Shown here in pieces: positions 9,857 through 19,276 of a stretch of 64,000 bases of DNA (its first letter is position 1; each line of letters opens with the position of its first letter). The DNA comes from Bacteroidales bacterium UBA6680 (lineage in GTDB: Bacteria > Bacteroidota > Bacteroidia > Bacteroidales > UBA6680), in contig DKJY01000130.1 of assembly GCA_002454955.1 (NCBI GenBank), positions 13,769 through 77,768 on the forward strand, in the 5' to 3' direction. The notes under the pieces were generated by a model, which saw nothing but the letters and a program-made list of their open reading frames with translations, searched no databases and had not been told where the DNA came from. The translations under genes and the position numbers were made by a program.

Positions 9857-11038
9857 ATGACTATGAAAACCTGGTTAAAAATATCTCTCTTGTTTATTCT
9901 TGTTTACCTTCTTGTATGCTGTGAGAAAGATAGAAAAGGTGAGATTATCGAAGTTTTTTTTGTACTTACCGATACCGGACAAAGTACATTCTTTGACGAT
10001 AAAGGTAATATAATTGATGCTCCAAAACGTGGTGACAAATATTATGGGCAAGACGCTCAATTCTTTGGCGTGCAACCTCTGTTTACTGATAATGGTGATG
10101 GTACCATTACAGATAAGAGAACAGGGCTTATGTGGCAGAAAACACCAACATTTAAACGATATTTACATAACGAAGCCATATCATATGCACGTGATGCCGT
10201 TATTGGTGAACATAACGATTGGCGGGTACCGACAATTAAGGAGTTGTACTCTTTAGTATGGTATAAGGGTAAAATAGATTATACCTCTCCTGCCAACTCA
10301 ATACCATATATCAGAACTGATTATTTTGATTATAAATACGATTCGAAGCCTCTTAATGGTCAATACTGGTCATCGACACCATATCTGGTTGGTACTATAC
10401 AAGGTAATAACAGACCTGGTGCATACTGTGTAGATTTTACTCAGGGTTATATGATGGTTACACCAACCGGTAACGGCTCTAAACTTTATGCCGACACCGA
10501 TGGTTGTTTTGTAAGACTGGTAAGAGGACAGAAAAACATTTATGGAACAAATGTATTCACAGATAACGGAGATGGAACAGTAACCGACAGTGCTACAGGT
10601 TTAATGTGGCAACAATCTGATGATGGTAACAAATATAATTGGGAAGAGGCTCTATCTGTTGCCACAAATAGTTCGTTTGCTGGTTATAAAGATTGGCGTC
10701 TTCCGAATATAAAAGAGTTACAAAGTATTGTTGATTATAACAATACAACTACTCCTCTTATTAATAGTAGCTACTTTAAACTATCTGATACAGACAGCTG
10801 GATATGGACCAGTACCACACATAATGATATTACAAACAGTGCAAACTATATATCGTTTGGTAAGTCATATAGTAAAGCATCATCATCTGATGCAGATTAT
10901 ATTGATTGGTACGGAGCCGGTTCACAGATAAGTGATATAAAATCAGGAGATCCAAATAGCCATAAGCTAAGTGGAAGCAGATACAATGATATGATACGTG
11001 TAAAGAACTATATTCTTCTGGTAAGAAGTATAAAATAA
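9857..11038 (+). CDS. Lipoprotein with two DUF1566 (Lcl C-terminal / C-type-lectin-like) modules
   Basis: The signal plus lipobox is LVYLLVCCEKD. Two copies of the DUF1566 signature are present: DNGDGTITDKRTGLMWQK...WRVPTIKELYSLV and DNGDGTVTDSATGLMWQQSDD...WRLPNIKELQSIV. Confidence 0.75.
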   Translation: MTMKTWLKISLLFILVYLLVCCEKDRKGEIIEVFFVLTDTGQSTFFDDKGNIIDAPKRGDKYYGQDAQFFGVQPLFTDNGDGTITDKRTGLMWQKTPTFKRYLHNEAISYARDAVIGEHNDWRVPTIKELYSLVWYKGKIDYTSPANSIPYIRTDYFDYKYDSKPLNGQYWSSTPYLVGTIQGNNRPGAYCVDFTQGYMMVTPTGNGSKLYADTDGCFVRLVRGQKNIYGTNVFTDNGDGTVTDSATGLMWQQSDDGNKYNWEEALSVATNSSFAGYKDWRLPNIKELQSIVDYNNTTTPLINSSYFKLSDTDSWIWTSTTHNDITNSANYISFGKSYSKASSSDADYIDWYGAGSQISDIKSGDPNSHKLSGSRYNDMIRVKNYILLVRSIK

Positions 11039-11045
11039 TGCCTTA

Positions 11046-11759
11046 TCAGAAGCTCATAATATCTTTGAATTTTGCACTCTGCCTACGAGAAAGCTCAATA
11101 TCTTCTGCTCCATTCAGCAGAACAATCTTTAATGTACCACTAAACCACGGAACAACCTTATCTATCATTTTTAGGTTAATTATCTGCTGCCTGTTTGCCC
11201 TAAAAAATGTTGCCTCATCGAGTCTAGTTTCCAGATAATTCAATCCTTTTGGTATCAACGGTTTTTTATTCTTAAAATATATCCTCGAATAATTTCCTTC
11301 AACCTCAAATAGTCGTATCTCATTAAGTTTAACAAACCAGCAATCATCTCCATCTTTAACAAATACACTATCGTCTGACGATAGTTTACCTTTTACATAT
11401 GGTTTTGGTGATATGTTAAGCTCTATCTTCTCTAATGCAGCTGCTAGTCTGTTCTCCTTTATTGGTTTCATAAGATAATCAAGTGCATTATAATCAAGAG
11501 CTTTAACCGCGTACTCATCATAGGCTGTAGTGAAAACCACACTAGGAGTTCTGTCAAGTTCATTTAACAGATCAAATCCGTTTTTACCTGGCATATGAAT
11601 ATCCAGAAACAGAACATCAGGCATGTCATCATTAATTTGAGAAACCGCACTGTCAACATCTTCTGCCTCCCATATAACTTCAACTGAATTATAATCCTTT
11701 AACATAAATGCAAGCTCTTTACGTGCAAGCCTTGAATCATCAACTATTGCTACTCTCAT
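11046..11759 (-). CDS. LytR/AlgR-family response regulator (receiver plus LytTR DNA-binding domain)
   Basis: The receiver motifs are VAIVDDSRLARKEL, VLFLDIHMPGKNG and LMKPI. The LytTR-like C-terminus is FRANRQQIINLKMIDKV. It overlaps the upstream kinase gene by 20 nt. Confidence 0.9.
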   Translation of the reverse strand: MRVAIVDDSRLARKELAFMLKDYNSVEVIWEAEDVDSAVSQINDDMPDVLFLDIHMPGKNGFDLLNELDRTPSVVFTTAYDEYAVKALDYNALDYLMKPIKENRLAAALEKIELNISPKPYVKGKLSSDDSVFVKDGDDCWFVKLNEIRLFEVEGNYSRIYFKNKKPLIPKGLNYLETRLDEATFFRANRQQIINLKMIDKVVPWFSGTLKIVLLNGAEDIELSRRQSAKFKDIMSF

Positions 11760-12807
11760 ATCTTAATGGTATTGTTACTTTTGCTAAAACGGTATTCTCA
11801 TTATACTGAATAAGACAAGGTCCTTCTCCTCCCGGAAAAAGAGTTTCCATTCTACGTTTTAAATTTTCTAATCCCGTTTTTGTTCCCCCACTTGAATTAA
11901 CTATTACACCGGTATTATATATCTTTATAGAAATTGTGTTATCTTCTTTACCAATATCTAGGGTAATATCTCCACCTTTTATCTGCTTTGATATTCCATG
12001 TTTAACCGCGTTTTCCACCAATAGTTGAAGCGTAAAAGGAGGCACCTGTACGCCGTATAATTCCTTATCAACATTCACTTTATAGTGAAGTTTTTCTTCA
12101 TACTGAATCTTCTGCAAACTAAGATAGTTTTCGGTTAACTCAATTTCATCGACAAGTAACGTATAGTTGCCTTTACCACTCTGTAATGAATATCGTAACA
12201 GATCAGAAAGCGATGTAACTGCCTCACGTGCTTTGTACTGATCCTCAATTATCAACATACGAATATTATTTAGTGCATTAAAGGTAAAGTGGGGATCTAT
12301 CTGCTTCTTAAGCATATCAAGCTCTGCATCTTTAAGAGCCAATTTAATTTCAACTTTCTCTATTTCACTGCTCTTATAGTTCTCAAAATAGTGAATTACA
12401 AAATATATTACAGACCATAACCAGAATATTATATTTGTATTTAACATATAGTAGACTGTAGATTGAAATGTTACAGGTTGAATTCCGTTTGGTTTAACAA
12501 CTATATATAACATAAAAGTAACTAATATCTGACTAATAAACGCACCTGTTATATTCATTAATATAAGATATATAAATAGTTTAAATATCTTCAATTGACT
12601 ATATCTGTATCGCTTATATATCAGTCTTAACAGATGAGATATAAACAAGAAGCTGCAACCCAGAACAATATTTATTGATACATTATCAATATCTTTTCCT
12701 CTATTTTGGAATGCTATCAATGATAGCATAAATAGAGTAAAAATTGTCCAACCAAATAGTTGACATATCCAGTATATTATCTCTCTTTTATGTTTTCTCT
12801 TAATCAT
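11740..12807 (-). CDS. LytS/YehU-type sensor histidine kinase (multi-TM N-terminus, His_kinase plus HATPase_c)
   Basis: Hydrophobic helices are followed by QIDPHFTFNALNNI (the PF06580 His box) and LVENAVKHG (the N box). Confidence 0.85.
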   Translation of the reverse strand: MIKRKHKREIIYWICQLFGWTIFTLFMLSLIAFQNRGKDIDNVSINIVLGCSFLFISHLLRLIYKRYRYSQLKIFKLFIYLILMNITGAFISQILVTFMLYIVVKPNGIQPVTFQSTVYYMLNTNIIFWLWSVIYFVIHYFENYKSSEIEKVEIKLALKDAELDMLKKQIDPHFTFNALNNIRMLIIEDQYKAREAVTSLSDLLRYSLQSGKGNYTLLVDEIELTENYLSLQKIQYEEKLHYKVNVDKELYGVQVPPFTLQLLVENAVKHGISKQIKGGDITLDIGKEDNTISIKIYNTGVIVNSSGGTKTGLENLKRRMETLFPGGEGPCLIQYNENTVLAKVTIPLRYESSNS

Positions 12808-12901
12808 TACTTAGTATAATAGATTAAACTTTACATTATAAAGTATAGAAATAAGAGAGAGACGATCCCTCTCTTATTTCTAATCACTCAAATTTACCAT
12901 A

Positions 12902-13783
12902 TCAATTAATAAATCTATCTATCTCTGTAAAGAAAAATTCCGGATTATCAATCATTATAAAGTGTCGTGCATCATCTGAAATCACAATTTTACAGTTATC
13001 TGCTTTTGCATATTGTCCTTTATAATTATGCATTGTAATATCGTGTGTAACTCCATAGTTTTTATAAGCAACCCAAGATCCCATAACAAGTATTGGATTT
13101 TTTATACTCTTTAGTTCGTTTCTGAGATCGGTTGTGTAAAGTTCATAGTTAGCCTGAGCAACAGTAGGTGCATGGCTATTCACCCCCCACTTTACAATCT
13201 TTTCAGCATATAATGTATCAGTAACCATTGTACGCATCATTGGTCTTAAAAAATCAGCCCCTTCGCCTTTTTTACGGCTTTTCATTTGAGTACGCATTCT
13301 TTCAGCCATATTTTTACTACTCTCAACTGTTGCAATTGGATTCATTATGGCAGGTAAAAATGGTAATGCATCAACTATAATATATTTTGATGCCACACTA
13401 CTATTGGCTATAGCAATTTTTAATGCTATAAATCCTCCTAAACTATGTCCTACTATAATTGGTTTTTCAATATTATTATCCTCAATATATGATAGTATCT
13501 GTTCAGTAATATAATCGGTGTAATTTGTGCCAAAATTAATTTCCTTAACCTTATTAAATCCGGGAAGGGTCAATATATGACAACGATAATTAACATTATA
13601 GCGCTCAACTGTATTCTTCCAAACATCACCAGAACATGCCAGTCCGGGAATAAACATCATATCAGTACCTTTTCCTGTCACTTTAACACGAAAACCATAA
13701 TCTTTTGCTACTAAATTTACTACTGAGAAAAATGATAATAATACTACTACAAATACCTTTGTTATAAATAATTTAGATCTCAT
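12902..13783 (-). CDS. Secreted alpha/beta-fold hydrolase
   Basis: It has a signal peptide, the nucleophile elbow GHSLGG and a C-terminal D...H (DDARHF). Confidence 0.8.
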   Translation of the reverse strand: MRSKLFITKVFVVVLLSFFSVVNLVAKDYGFRVKVTGKGTDMMFIPGLACSGDVWKNTVERYNVNYRCHILTLPGFNKVKEINFGTNYTDYITEQILSYIEDNNIEKPIIVGHSLGGFIALKIAIANSSVASKYIIVDALPFLPAIMNPIATVESSKNMAERMRTQMKSRKKGEGADFLRPMMRTMVTDTLYAEKIVKWGVNSHAPTVAQANYELYTTDLRNELKSIKNPILVMGSWVAYKNYGVTHDITMHNYKGQYAKADNCKIVISDDARHFIMIDNPEFFFTEIDRFIN

Positions 13784-13938
13784 AATTTCTATTTTTTATT
13801 TGATACAAATCTAGATACAACTGCGTCATAACAGAAGTAAATTGTTGCGAACGGTAATATGAGATTATAAGCGGTATTTTATTAAGAAAGGATTAGTTAC
13901 AATTGTATAATTACCTTGAATCAGATAGTTATATAATA

Positions 13939-13969
13939 GTTAAGGATGATCTGTTAGACCTCCCTTAAC
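13939..13969 (-). terminator. Candidate terminator hairpin for the mutS2 operon
   Basis: GTTAAGG (13939-13945) pairs with CCTTAAC (13963-13969), immediately after the stop of the 44-codon ORF on the minus strand. The loop is 17 nt and the T-run is weak. Confidence 0.35.
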
Positions 13970-13975
13970 TATAAA

Positions 13976-14110
13976 TTAACTCTTCTTTGGCTTGCACACC
14001 TGCTTCTGTTTACATGCCTTACGATGACATTTCTTACAAATATATTTTACTTTATCAGATTCTGATATAACTCCTTTAGATAAATCTCTTTTGCACAGTT
14101 TCTTTCCCAT
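13976..14110 (-). CDS. Candidate 44-aa Lys/Cys-rich microprotein (not in the supplied ORF track because it is under 60 aa)
   Basis: My manual translation is MGKKLCKRDLSKGVISESDKVKYICKKCHRKACKQKQVCKPKKS. The ATG lies 6 nt after the stop of the upstream co-directional gene, and five Cys include a CxxC. Support rests on position and composition only. Confidence 0.35.
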   Translation of the reverse strand: MGKKLCKRDLSKGVISESDKVKYICKKCHRKACKQKQVCKPKKS

Positions 14111-14116
14111 ATAATA

Positions 14117-15529
14117 TTACTCTTGCTCTTTATGCCTCAGAATAACGATTATTTGGTTGTTTTGTTTAAGTCTTTCTACAATTTTTTCTGCACAATATAC
14201 GCTACGATGCTGCCCTCCTGTACATCCAAAATTTACTTGCAATGAGTTAAATCCTCTATCTATATAGTGATTAACACTATTACTTATCATATTCCAGGCA
14301 TTATTGATAAATTGTTTAACATCCTCTCCTTTCTCCAGAAATTCCTGAACTGGTCTGTCCATTCCTGTTAGATGTTTATACTCTATATATCGTCCTGGAT
14401 TATGTAATGAACGACAGTCAAACATATAACCACCACCATTTCCTGACCAATCAATTGGATAATTTTTACGATAACTAAAACTGTTTACATATACAGTAAG
14501 TTTACCCTGAGTTATTGGGGTATGCTTATATATAGTTGTTTCAGCAACATCAATCAATAAGCTTCTAAGATATGTATCGTCTGTTGATACAAGATTATTT
14601 TTCACAAGCCATTTTAGGTTATCTAATGCAAAAGGTATACTTTGTAAGAAGTGTCCTTTACGCTCAATAACCCCTCTAAAACCATACGCTCCAAGAGTTT
14701 GTAAGATTCTCAATAATACAAACTTATAGAAGTCTTTTCTGAACATATCTTTATCAATATCTACATATTCAGATATAGCATTAATGTAGTAATCAAGTGC
14801 ACTCTCTTTTATATGCTGAGGTATACGTGCTTTAGCCTGAAATAGTAAAGAGGCAAGATCATACTGCAATGGCCCTAACATAGCTCCCTGATAATCAATA
14901 AACCATGGTTTATTATTATGCCAAAGTATATTTCTTGACTGAAAATCACGATACATAAAATAGTCAGATGGTGTACTCTCTAATGTATCTAATAGTCTTG
15001 AAAACGATTTATCAAGTTCAATATCATTATATTCTATACCCGATATCTTTAAGAAATAGTACTTAAAATAGTTCAAATCCGAACTCATCATAGATCGTGA
15101 AAACACTCTATTTTTAGCATTATCCGAATCATTTAGTATACGAACCCCTTTACATTGAATCTTTACCAAATTATCTAGAATAGGGTATATATATGACTCA
15201 TAATCTATATTATCGCCACTGGTAAATATATCAAACAGACTCTTATTTCCAAGGTCATCAATAAGATAAAAGTTTTGAGAGCTATCAATATTAATTATTG
15301 ATGGTACATCTATATCTTCTGATTTAAATCCATCTGTAAAATCAAAAAAGGTTTTGTTCTCCTCTATATTAAGCGCATACACTCCTATAACAGATTGGTC
15401 ATTACCAGTTAATCTGAAGTATATACGAGATGATCCTGATTGTGGAAGTTGTACAAAATTCTCTGGTTCACAACCAAACTTATCATTATAGAGTTTATAT
15501 AGATTCCGCTTTATATCTGATATCTTCAT
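14117..15529 (-). CDS. Fusion protein: N-terminal aminoglycoside/choline-kinase-fold phosphotransferase domain plus a C-terminal RapZ-like (YhbJ C-terminal) domain
   Basis: The N-terminal part shows an APH-like catalytic region (YRDFQSRNILWHNNKPWFIDYQG). The C-terminus (FDCRSLHNPGRY...LTGMD..V..FL...VNFGCTGGQHRSVYCAEKI) matches the conserved RapZ C-terminal GCTGG-HRSV signature. The start overlaps the mutS2 stop (ATGA at 15529). Confidence 0.75.
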   Translation of the reverse strand: MKISDIKRNLYKLYNDKFGCEPENFVQLPQSGSSRIYFRLTGNDQSVIGVYALNIEENKTFFDFTDGFKSEDIDVPSIINIDSSQNFYLIDDLGNKSLFDIFTSGDNIDYESYIYPILDNLVKIQCKGVRILNDSDNAKNRVFSRSMMSSDLNYFKYYFLKISGIEYNDIELDKSFSRLLDTLESTPSDYFMYRDFQSRNILWHNNKPWFIDYQGAMLGPLQYDLASLLFQAKARIPQHIKESALDYYINAISEYVDIDKDMFRKDFYKFVLLRILQTLGAYGFRGVIERKGHFLQSIPFALDNLKWLVKNNLVSTDDTYLRSLLIDVAETTIYKHTPITQGKLTVYVNSFSYRKNYPIDWSGNGGGYMFDCRSLHNPGRYIEYKHLTGMDRPVQEFLEKGEDVKQFINNAWNMISNSVNHYIDRGFNSLQVNFGCTGGQHRSVYCAEKIVERLKQNNQIIVILRHKEQE

Positions 15530-18024
15530 TATCTGCTAAATTTTACAATAGTTATTCCTGACCCACCAAGATCAACACGTTCGTCACGGAATGAATCAAC
15601 AAGATCAACACCGCTCAGGTATTCACGAATAAGCTGGCGTAATATTCCGTTACCTTTACCATGTAATATACGAATTTCAGGTGCATCAACCATAATAGCA
15701 TTATCTACATGTTCCTGTACCTTATATAGAGCCTCTTCTGCTCTTACTCCTCTTACATCAATTTCCTGTTTAAAATTAAGTTTACGTTTACTTATACTCT
15801 CGCTATAGTTAATGGTTGATCCTGTACGCTGTGATCTTACTTGTTTTTTATATTCATTATTTGATATAATATCAAGACGTTTCTGAGGGACTGAAGTAAT
15901 TAATCCACCAAAGGCTACCATAACACTCTTATTTGTGATATCCATAACTTCACCAACAGCAGACTGTCCTTTTATTCTAACCTTAGCACCCTTTTCAAGA
16001 ACCAGTTCTCTATTCGATTTTTTAGGTTCTGTTACTTTTTCTCCGTCTTTAACACTCTCTTTTTTAACCTTTAGACGTTCATCTCTACGTTTAAGCTTCT
16101 GTAGCTTTCTCTCAATCTTTTCACTCTCATCAGCAGACTCTTCAGTCACAGATTCCTTAAACTCCTCAAGATTCTTTCTCGCCTTCTTAGTTCTCTCTTT
16201 CTCTGCCTGACTAACCTTTATTTCACGTATGGTCTTCTCTATCTTCTTATTTGCATCGGCAAGTATTGATTCTGCCTGCGCTTTAGCCTCATCAAGAATC
16301 TCTCTTCTTAGTTTCTTAATATCATTTAACTCTGATGTATAATCCTCTACAATACCTCCAAGTTTCTTTTCTGACACTCTTATCTTCTCACGTTTCTGCT
16401 GCCAATAATATTTATCGCGTACAATCTGACGCAGGTTTTTATCAAAGTCTACATGATCTTCTCCAACCTGCTCTGATGCTGATTTTAATATAGTTTCTGG
16501 TAATCCTATTTTACGTGCAATATCAAATGCAAATGAGCTACCTGGTTGACCTATCTGTAACTTAAACAAGGGTTCTATCTTACCAGTATCAAACAACATT
16601 GCACCATTTACCACACCTTCTGACGACGAAGCATAGTGTTTTAAATTTGTATAGTGTGTTGTGATTACACCAAATGTAAGCTTATTTCTAAGCTCTTCTA
16701 ATATACTTTGAGCAATAGCACCACCAATCTGTGGCTCTGTACCTGTACCAAACTCATCAATCAATATCAATGTACTCTCTGAACAGTACCTTATAAAGTG
16801 CTTCATGTTCATCAAATGCGAACTGTATGTACTAAGATCATTCTCTATTGACTGCTCATCGCCCATATCTACAAAGATACCTGAGAAGATTCCTGCTTTA
16901 GAACCCTCTTCAACAGATACAAGCATACCACATTGAAGCATATATTGTATTAGCCCAACTGTCTGTAAACAGACCGATTTTCCACCTGCATTTGGTCCAG
17001 ATATAAGCAATATCCTATTCTTATCAGACAACCTTATATTCAGAGGTACAATCTTCTGCTTCTGACGGCGTAATAATAGATCAAGAAGAGGATGACGAGC
17101 TTGCTTAAAATCAATTACTCTGTTATCCGATACTGGTATACGTATTGCATCAGTTTGTATTGCATATTTTGCTTTTGCTCTGACAAAATCAATAAGAGCA
17201 AGAAAATCAAATTGCAGCGATAAGTCATCAATATAGGGTCTTAGGTTCTCTGTTACCTGTTGCAGTATTTTTACTATCTCTCTCTGCTCTGCATATGTAA
17301 GATCCTTTATATCATTATTTATCTCAACAATCTCTGCAGGCTCAACATATGCTGTTTTACCTGTTGCACTCTGATCATGAATTATTCCATTGAGCTTACG
17401 TTTATTTGATGCGGAAATTGGTATAACAGCTCTACCATCTCTTATAGATACTGTTGTCTCTCTCTCTACAAGACCTGAATCTATAGCTCCGCGCAATATA
17501 GATTCCATTTTTCTGGTTACAGAAGTTTGTTTACGTCTAATACTACCGCGTATCTCCTGTAATTCAGGCGATGCATTATCCTTCATTTTACCGTATGGTG
17601 TCATTACTCTGTTTATCATATCAAACACCATGGTAAATACTTTAACTTCCATTGCACTCTTCCTGATAGTTTGATACTTTTCAGGATCGCAATTCTTAAA
17701 GAAATTTACAACCGCTTTTACTGTTTCTAATGCACGCTTAAGGTCAAAAAGTTCTTTAAGTGTAAGAAAGCTTCCTATAATACGAGCTTTTTCAAGCTCC
17801 TTTCTTGCATCAATATAGTTATTCAGAGGAAAGTTATCCTCCTCAATACATATCTGTTTAAAATCATTTGTTTGATCAAGTAACAAGTCAAGATGATCCT
17901 TATCCAGTGAGAAATTCATCTCATCAACCAACTCCCGACCCAGATTACACAAACACAACTCCTTTAAAGATTCTCTTATTTTAGTAAACCCTAGTTTACT
18001 CTCAAAATTCTCTGGATATATCAC
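15529..18024 (-). CDS. mutS2: Endonuclease MutS2 (MutS domain V ATPase plus C-terminal Smr domain)
   Basis: The Walker A motif is ISGPNAGGKS and DEFGTGTEP is present. A coiled-coil Lys/Glu region follows. The C-terminal Smr domain reads IDVRGVRAEEAL...ILHGKGNGILR. The start is a GTG giving MIYPENFESKLGF, as is typical for Bacteroidota MutS2. Confidence 0.95.
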   Translation of the reverse strand: MIYPENFESKLGFTKIRESLKELCLCNLGRELVDEMNFSLDKDHLDLLLDQTNDFKQICIEEDNFPLNNYIDARKELEKARIIGSFLTLKELFDLKRALETVKAVVNFFKNCDPEKYQTIRKSAMEVKVFTMVFDMINRVMTPYGKMKDNASPELQEIRGSIRRKQTSVTRKMESILRGAIDSGLVERETTVSIRDGRAVIPISASNKRKLNGIIHDQSATGKTAYVEPAEIVEINNDIKDLTYAEQREIVKILQQVTENLRPYIDDLSLQFDFLALIDFVRAKAKYAIQTDAIRIPVSDNRVIDFKQARHPLLDLLLRRQKQKIVPLNIRLSDKNRILLISGPNAGGKSVCLQTVGLIQYMLQCGMLVSVEEGSKAGIFSGIFVDMGDEQSIENDLSTYSSHLMNMKHFIRYCSESTLILIDEFGTGTEPQIGGAIAQSILEELRNKLTFGVITTHYTNLKHYASSSEGVVNGAMLFDTGKIEPLFKLQIGQPGSSFAFDIARKIGLPETILKSASEQVGEDHVDFDKNLRQIVRDKYYWQQKREKIRVSEKKLGGIVEDYTSELNDIKKLRREILDEAKAQAESILADANKKIEKTIREIKVSQAEKERTKKARKNLEEFKESVTEESADESEKIERKLQKLKRRDERLKVKKESVKDGEKVTEPKKSNRELVLEKGAKVRIKGQSAVGEVMDITNKSVMVAFGGLITSVPQKRLDIISNNEYKKQVRSQRTGSTINYSESISKRKLNFKQEIDVRGVRAEEALYKVQEHVDNAIMVDAPEIRILHGKGNGILRQLIREYLSGVDLVDSFRDERVDLGGSGITIVKFSR

Positions 18025-18217
18025 AGTATAAATTATTATTTCGACAAAAATATAAAAACATTTATAGCTCTCCTATTAGTAAACATTAATCATTAGGATA
18101 TGGTTGTATTATATACACAAATGGCTGTTTAATACAATTAATGAATTAATAGATAAAAATAACGAAACATATAACTATAAATTATGGTATAAAGACGTGC
18201 GGAACAGATTTTATAGT

Positions 18218-19192
18218 ATGAATAAAATATCTTACTCATTACATAAATTCCTTAATAAGGTTAAACAGGGTATTATTGGATGTTCTGATAAGCATACTGT
18301 ATATTGGGTATCAACACAACGATGTAATCTAAGATGCAAGCACTGCTCCTGCCCCTCTGCACAAGCAGCACGTATACCTGATATGCCTCTTTCTGACTTT
18401 GAGAAGATGTTAGATGAGATTATAGTATTAGCAAATCCTGAAGATGTTACAATTGTTATTACTGGTGGCGAACCTCTTATGAGAGATGATATATTAGACA
18501 TTGGAGATGCTATTATTATGCGTGGTTTTAGATGGATCTTGGAAACAAACGGCTTTCTCTTGAATCTGGATATGCAAAAACAATTATCAAACAAAGGTTT
18601 GTCAGAAATAATTTTATCTCTGGACGGAATGGAGAAAAATCACAATTGGTTCAGAGGTCATCCGAATTCATTTGAGAATTCACTCTATGCAATTAAACAG
18701 GTTGTAAGATTTTATCCTGAAATAGATTTAAAAATAAGAACTATAGTTAATAAAAAGAATCTCAATGATCTTGACCTTCTAAAAGACATGCTTATTCAGT
18801 TAAAAGTAAAAACATGGCTTCTACAGATCGTAAATCCTGACGCACACAACACCTATACACCAATATCGGAACTATTAATCTCTGATAAAGAGCATTACAT
18901 TGTTCAAAAGAAGATTAAATTATGGAATAGTAGTCAGAGGATAGTTGTAAAATATAGTTGTAACGGTAATAAAATGAACGGATATAATCCTGAAAAAGAC
19001 ATACATTTCTATTGTCCATCTGGGGGTAGATCAATAACATTAAATGCAGATGGACATGTTACAAGATGCCCTAAAGTAAAAGAGGTTATAGGGAATATAT
19101 ATAATACCGATTTAAAAGATATTCTTGAGAAGGGTTTACAGGTTAATGATCTAAAATCATTTATTAAAGGTTGCAATAGATTATGTAAATAA
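18218..19192 (+). CDS. Radical SAM protein with a Cys-containing C-terminal (SPASM/twitch-like) extension
   Basis: The radical SAM motif is CNLRCKHC (CxxxCxxC) and GGEPLMRDD is present. C-terminal Cys residues include YSCNG...FYCPSG...TRCP. The ORF track starts at a TTG at 18104, but the ATG at 18218 (MNKISYSL) is more plausible. Confidence 0.8.
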   Translation: MNKISYSLHKFLNKVKQGIIGCSDKHTVYWVSTQRCNLRCKHCSCPSAQAARIPDMPLSDFEKMLDEIIVLANPEDVTIVITGGEPLMRDDILDIGDAIIMRGFRWILETNGFLLNLDMQKQLSNKGLSEIILSLDGMEKNHNWFRGHPNSFENSLYAIKQVVRFYPEIDLKIRTIVNKKNLNDLDLLKDMLIQLKVKTWLLQIVNPDAHNTYTPISELLISDKEHYIVQKKIKLWNSSQRIVVKYSCNGNKMNGYNPEKDIHFYCPSGGRSITLNADGHVTRCPKVKEVIGNIYNTDLKDILEKGLQVNDLKSFIKGCNRLCK

Positions 19193-19216
19193 TAGTTTGA
19201 ACTAAATAGTAAAAGA

Positions 19217-19250
19217 GAGGACTCAATATCTCCTTTGATACAAAGTCCTC
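19217..19250. terminator. Hairpin between the convergent radical SAM and htpG genes
   Basis: GAGGACT (19217-19223) pairs with AGTCCTC (19244-19250). Confidence 0.45.
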
Positions 19251-19276
19251 ACTGTAAATATAAGTGTTAACTAAAA

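Noticed and set aside
9857-11038. Diversity-generating retroelement target (DUF1566 / C-type-lectin-like fold)
   Set aside because: The window contains no reverse transcriptase gene. I found no template-repeat copy of the C-terminal coding region nearby.
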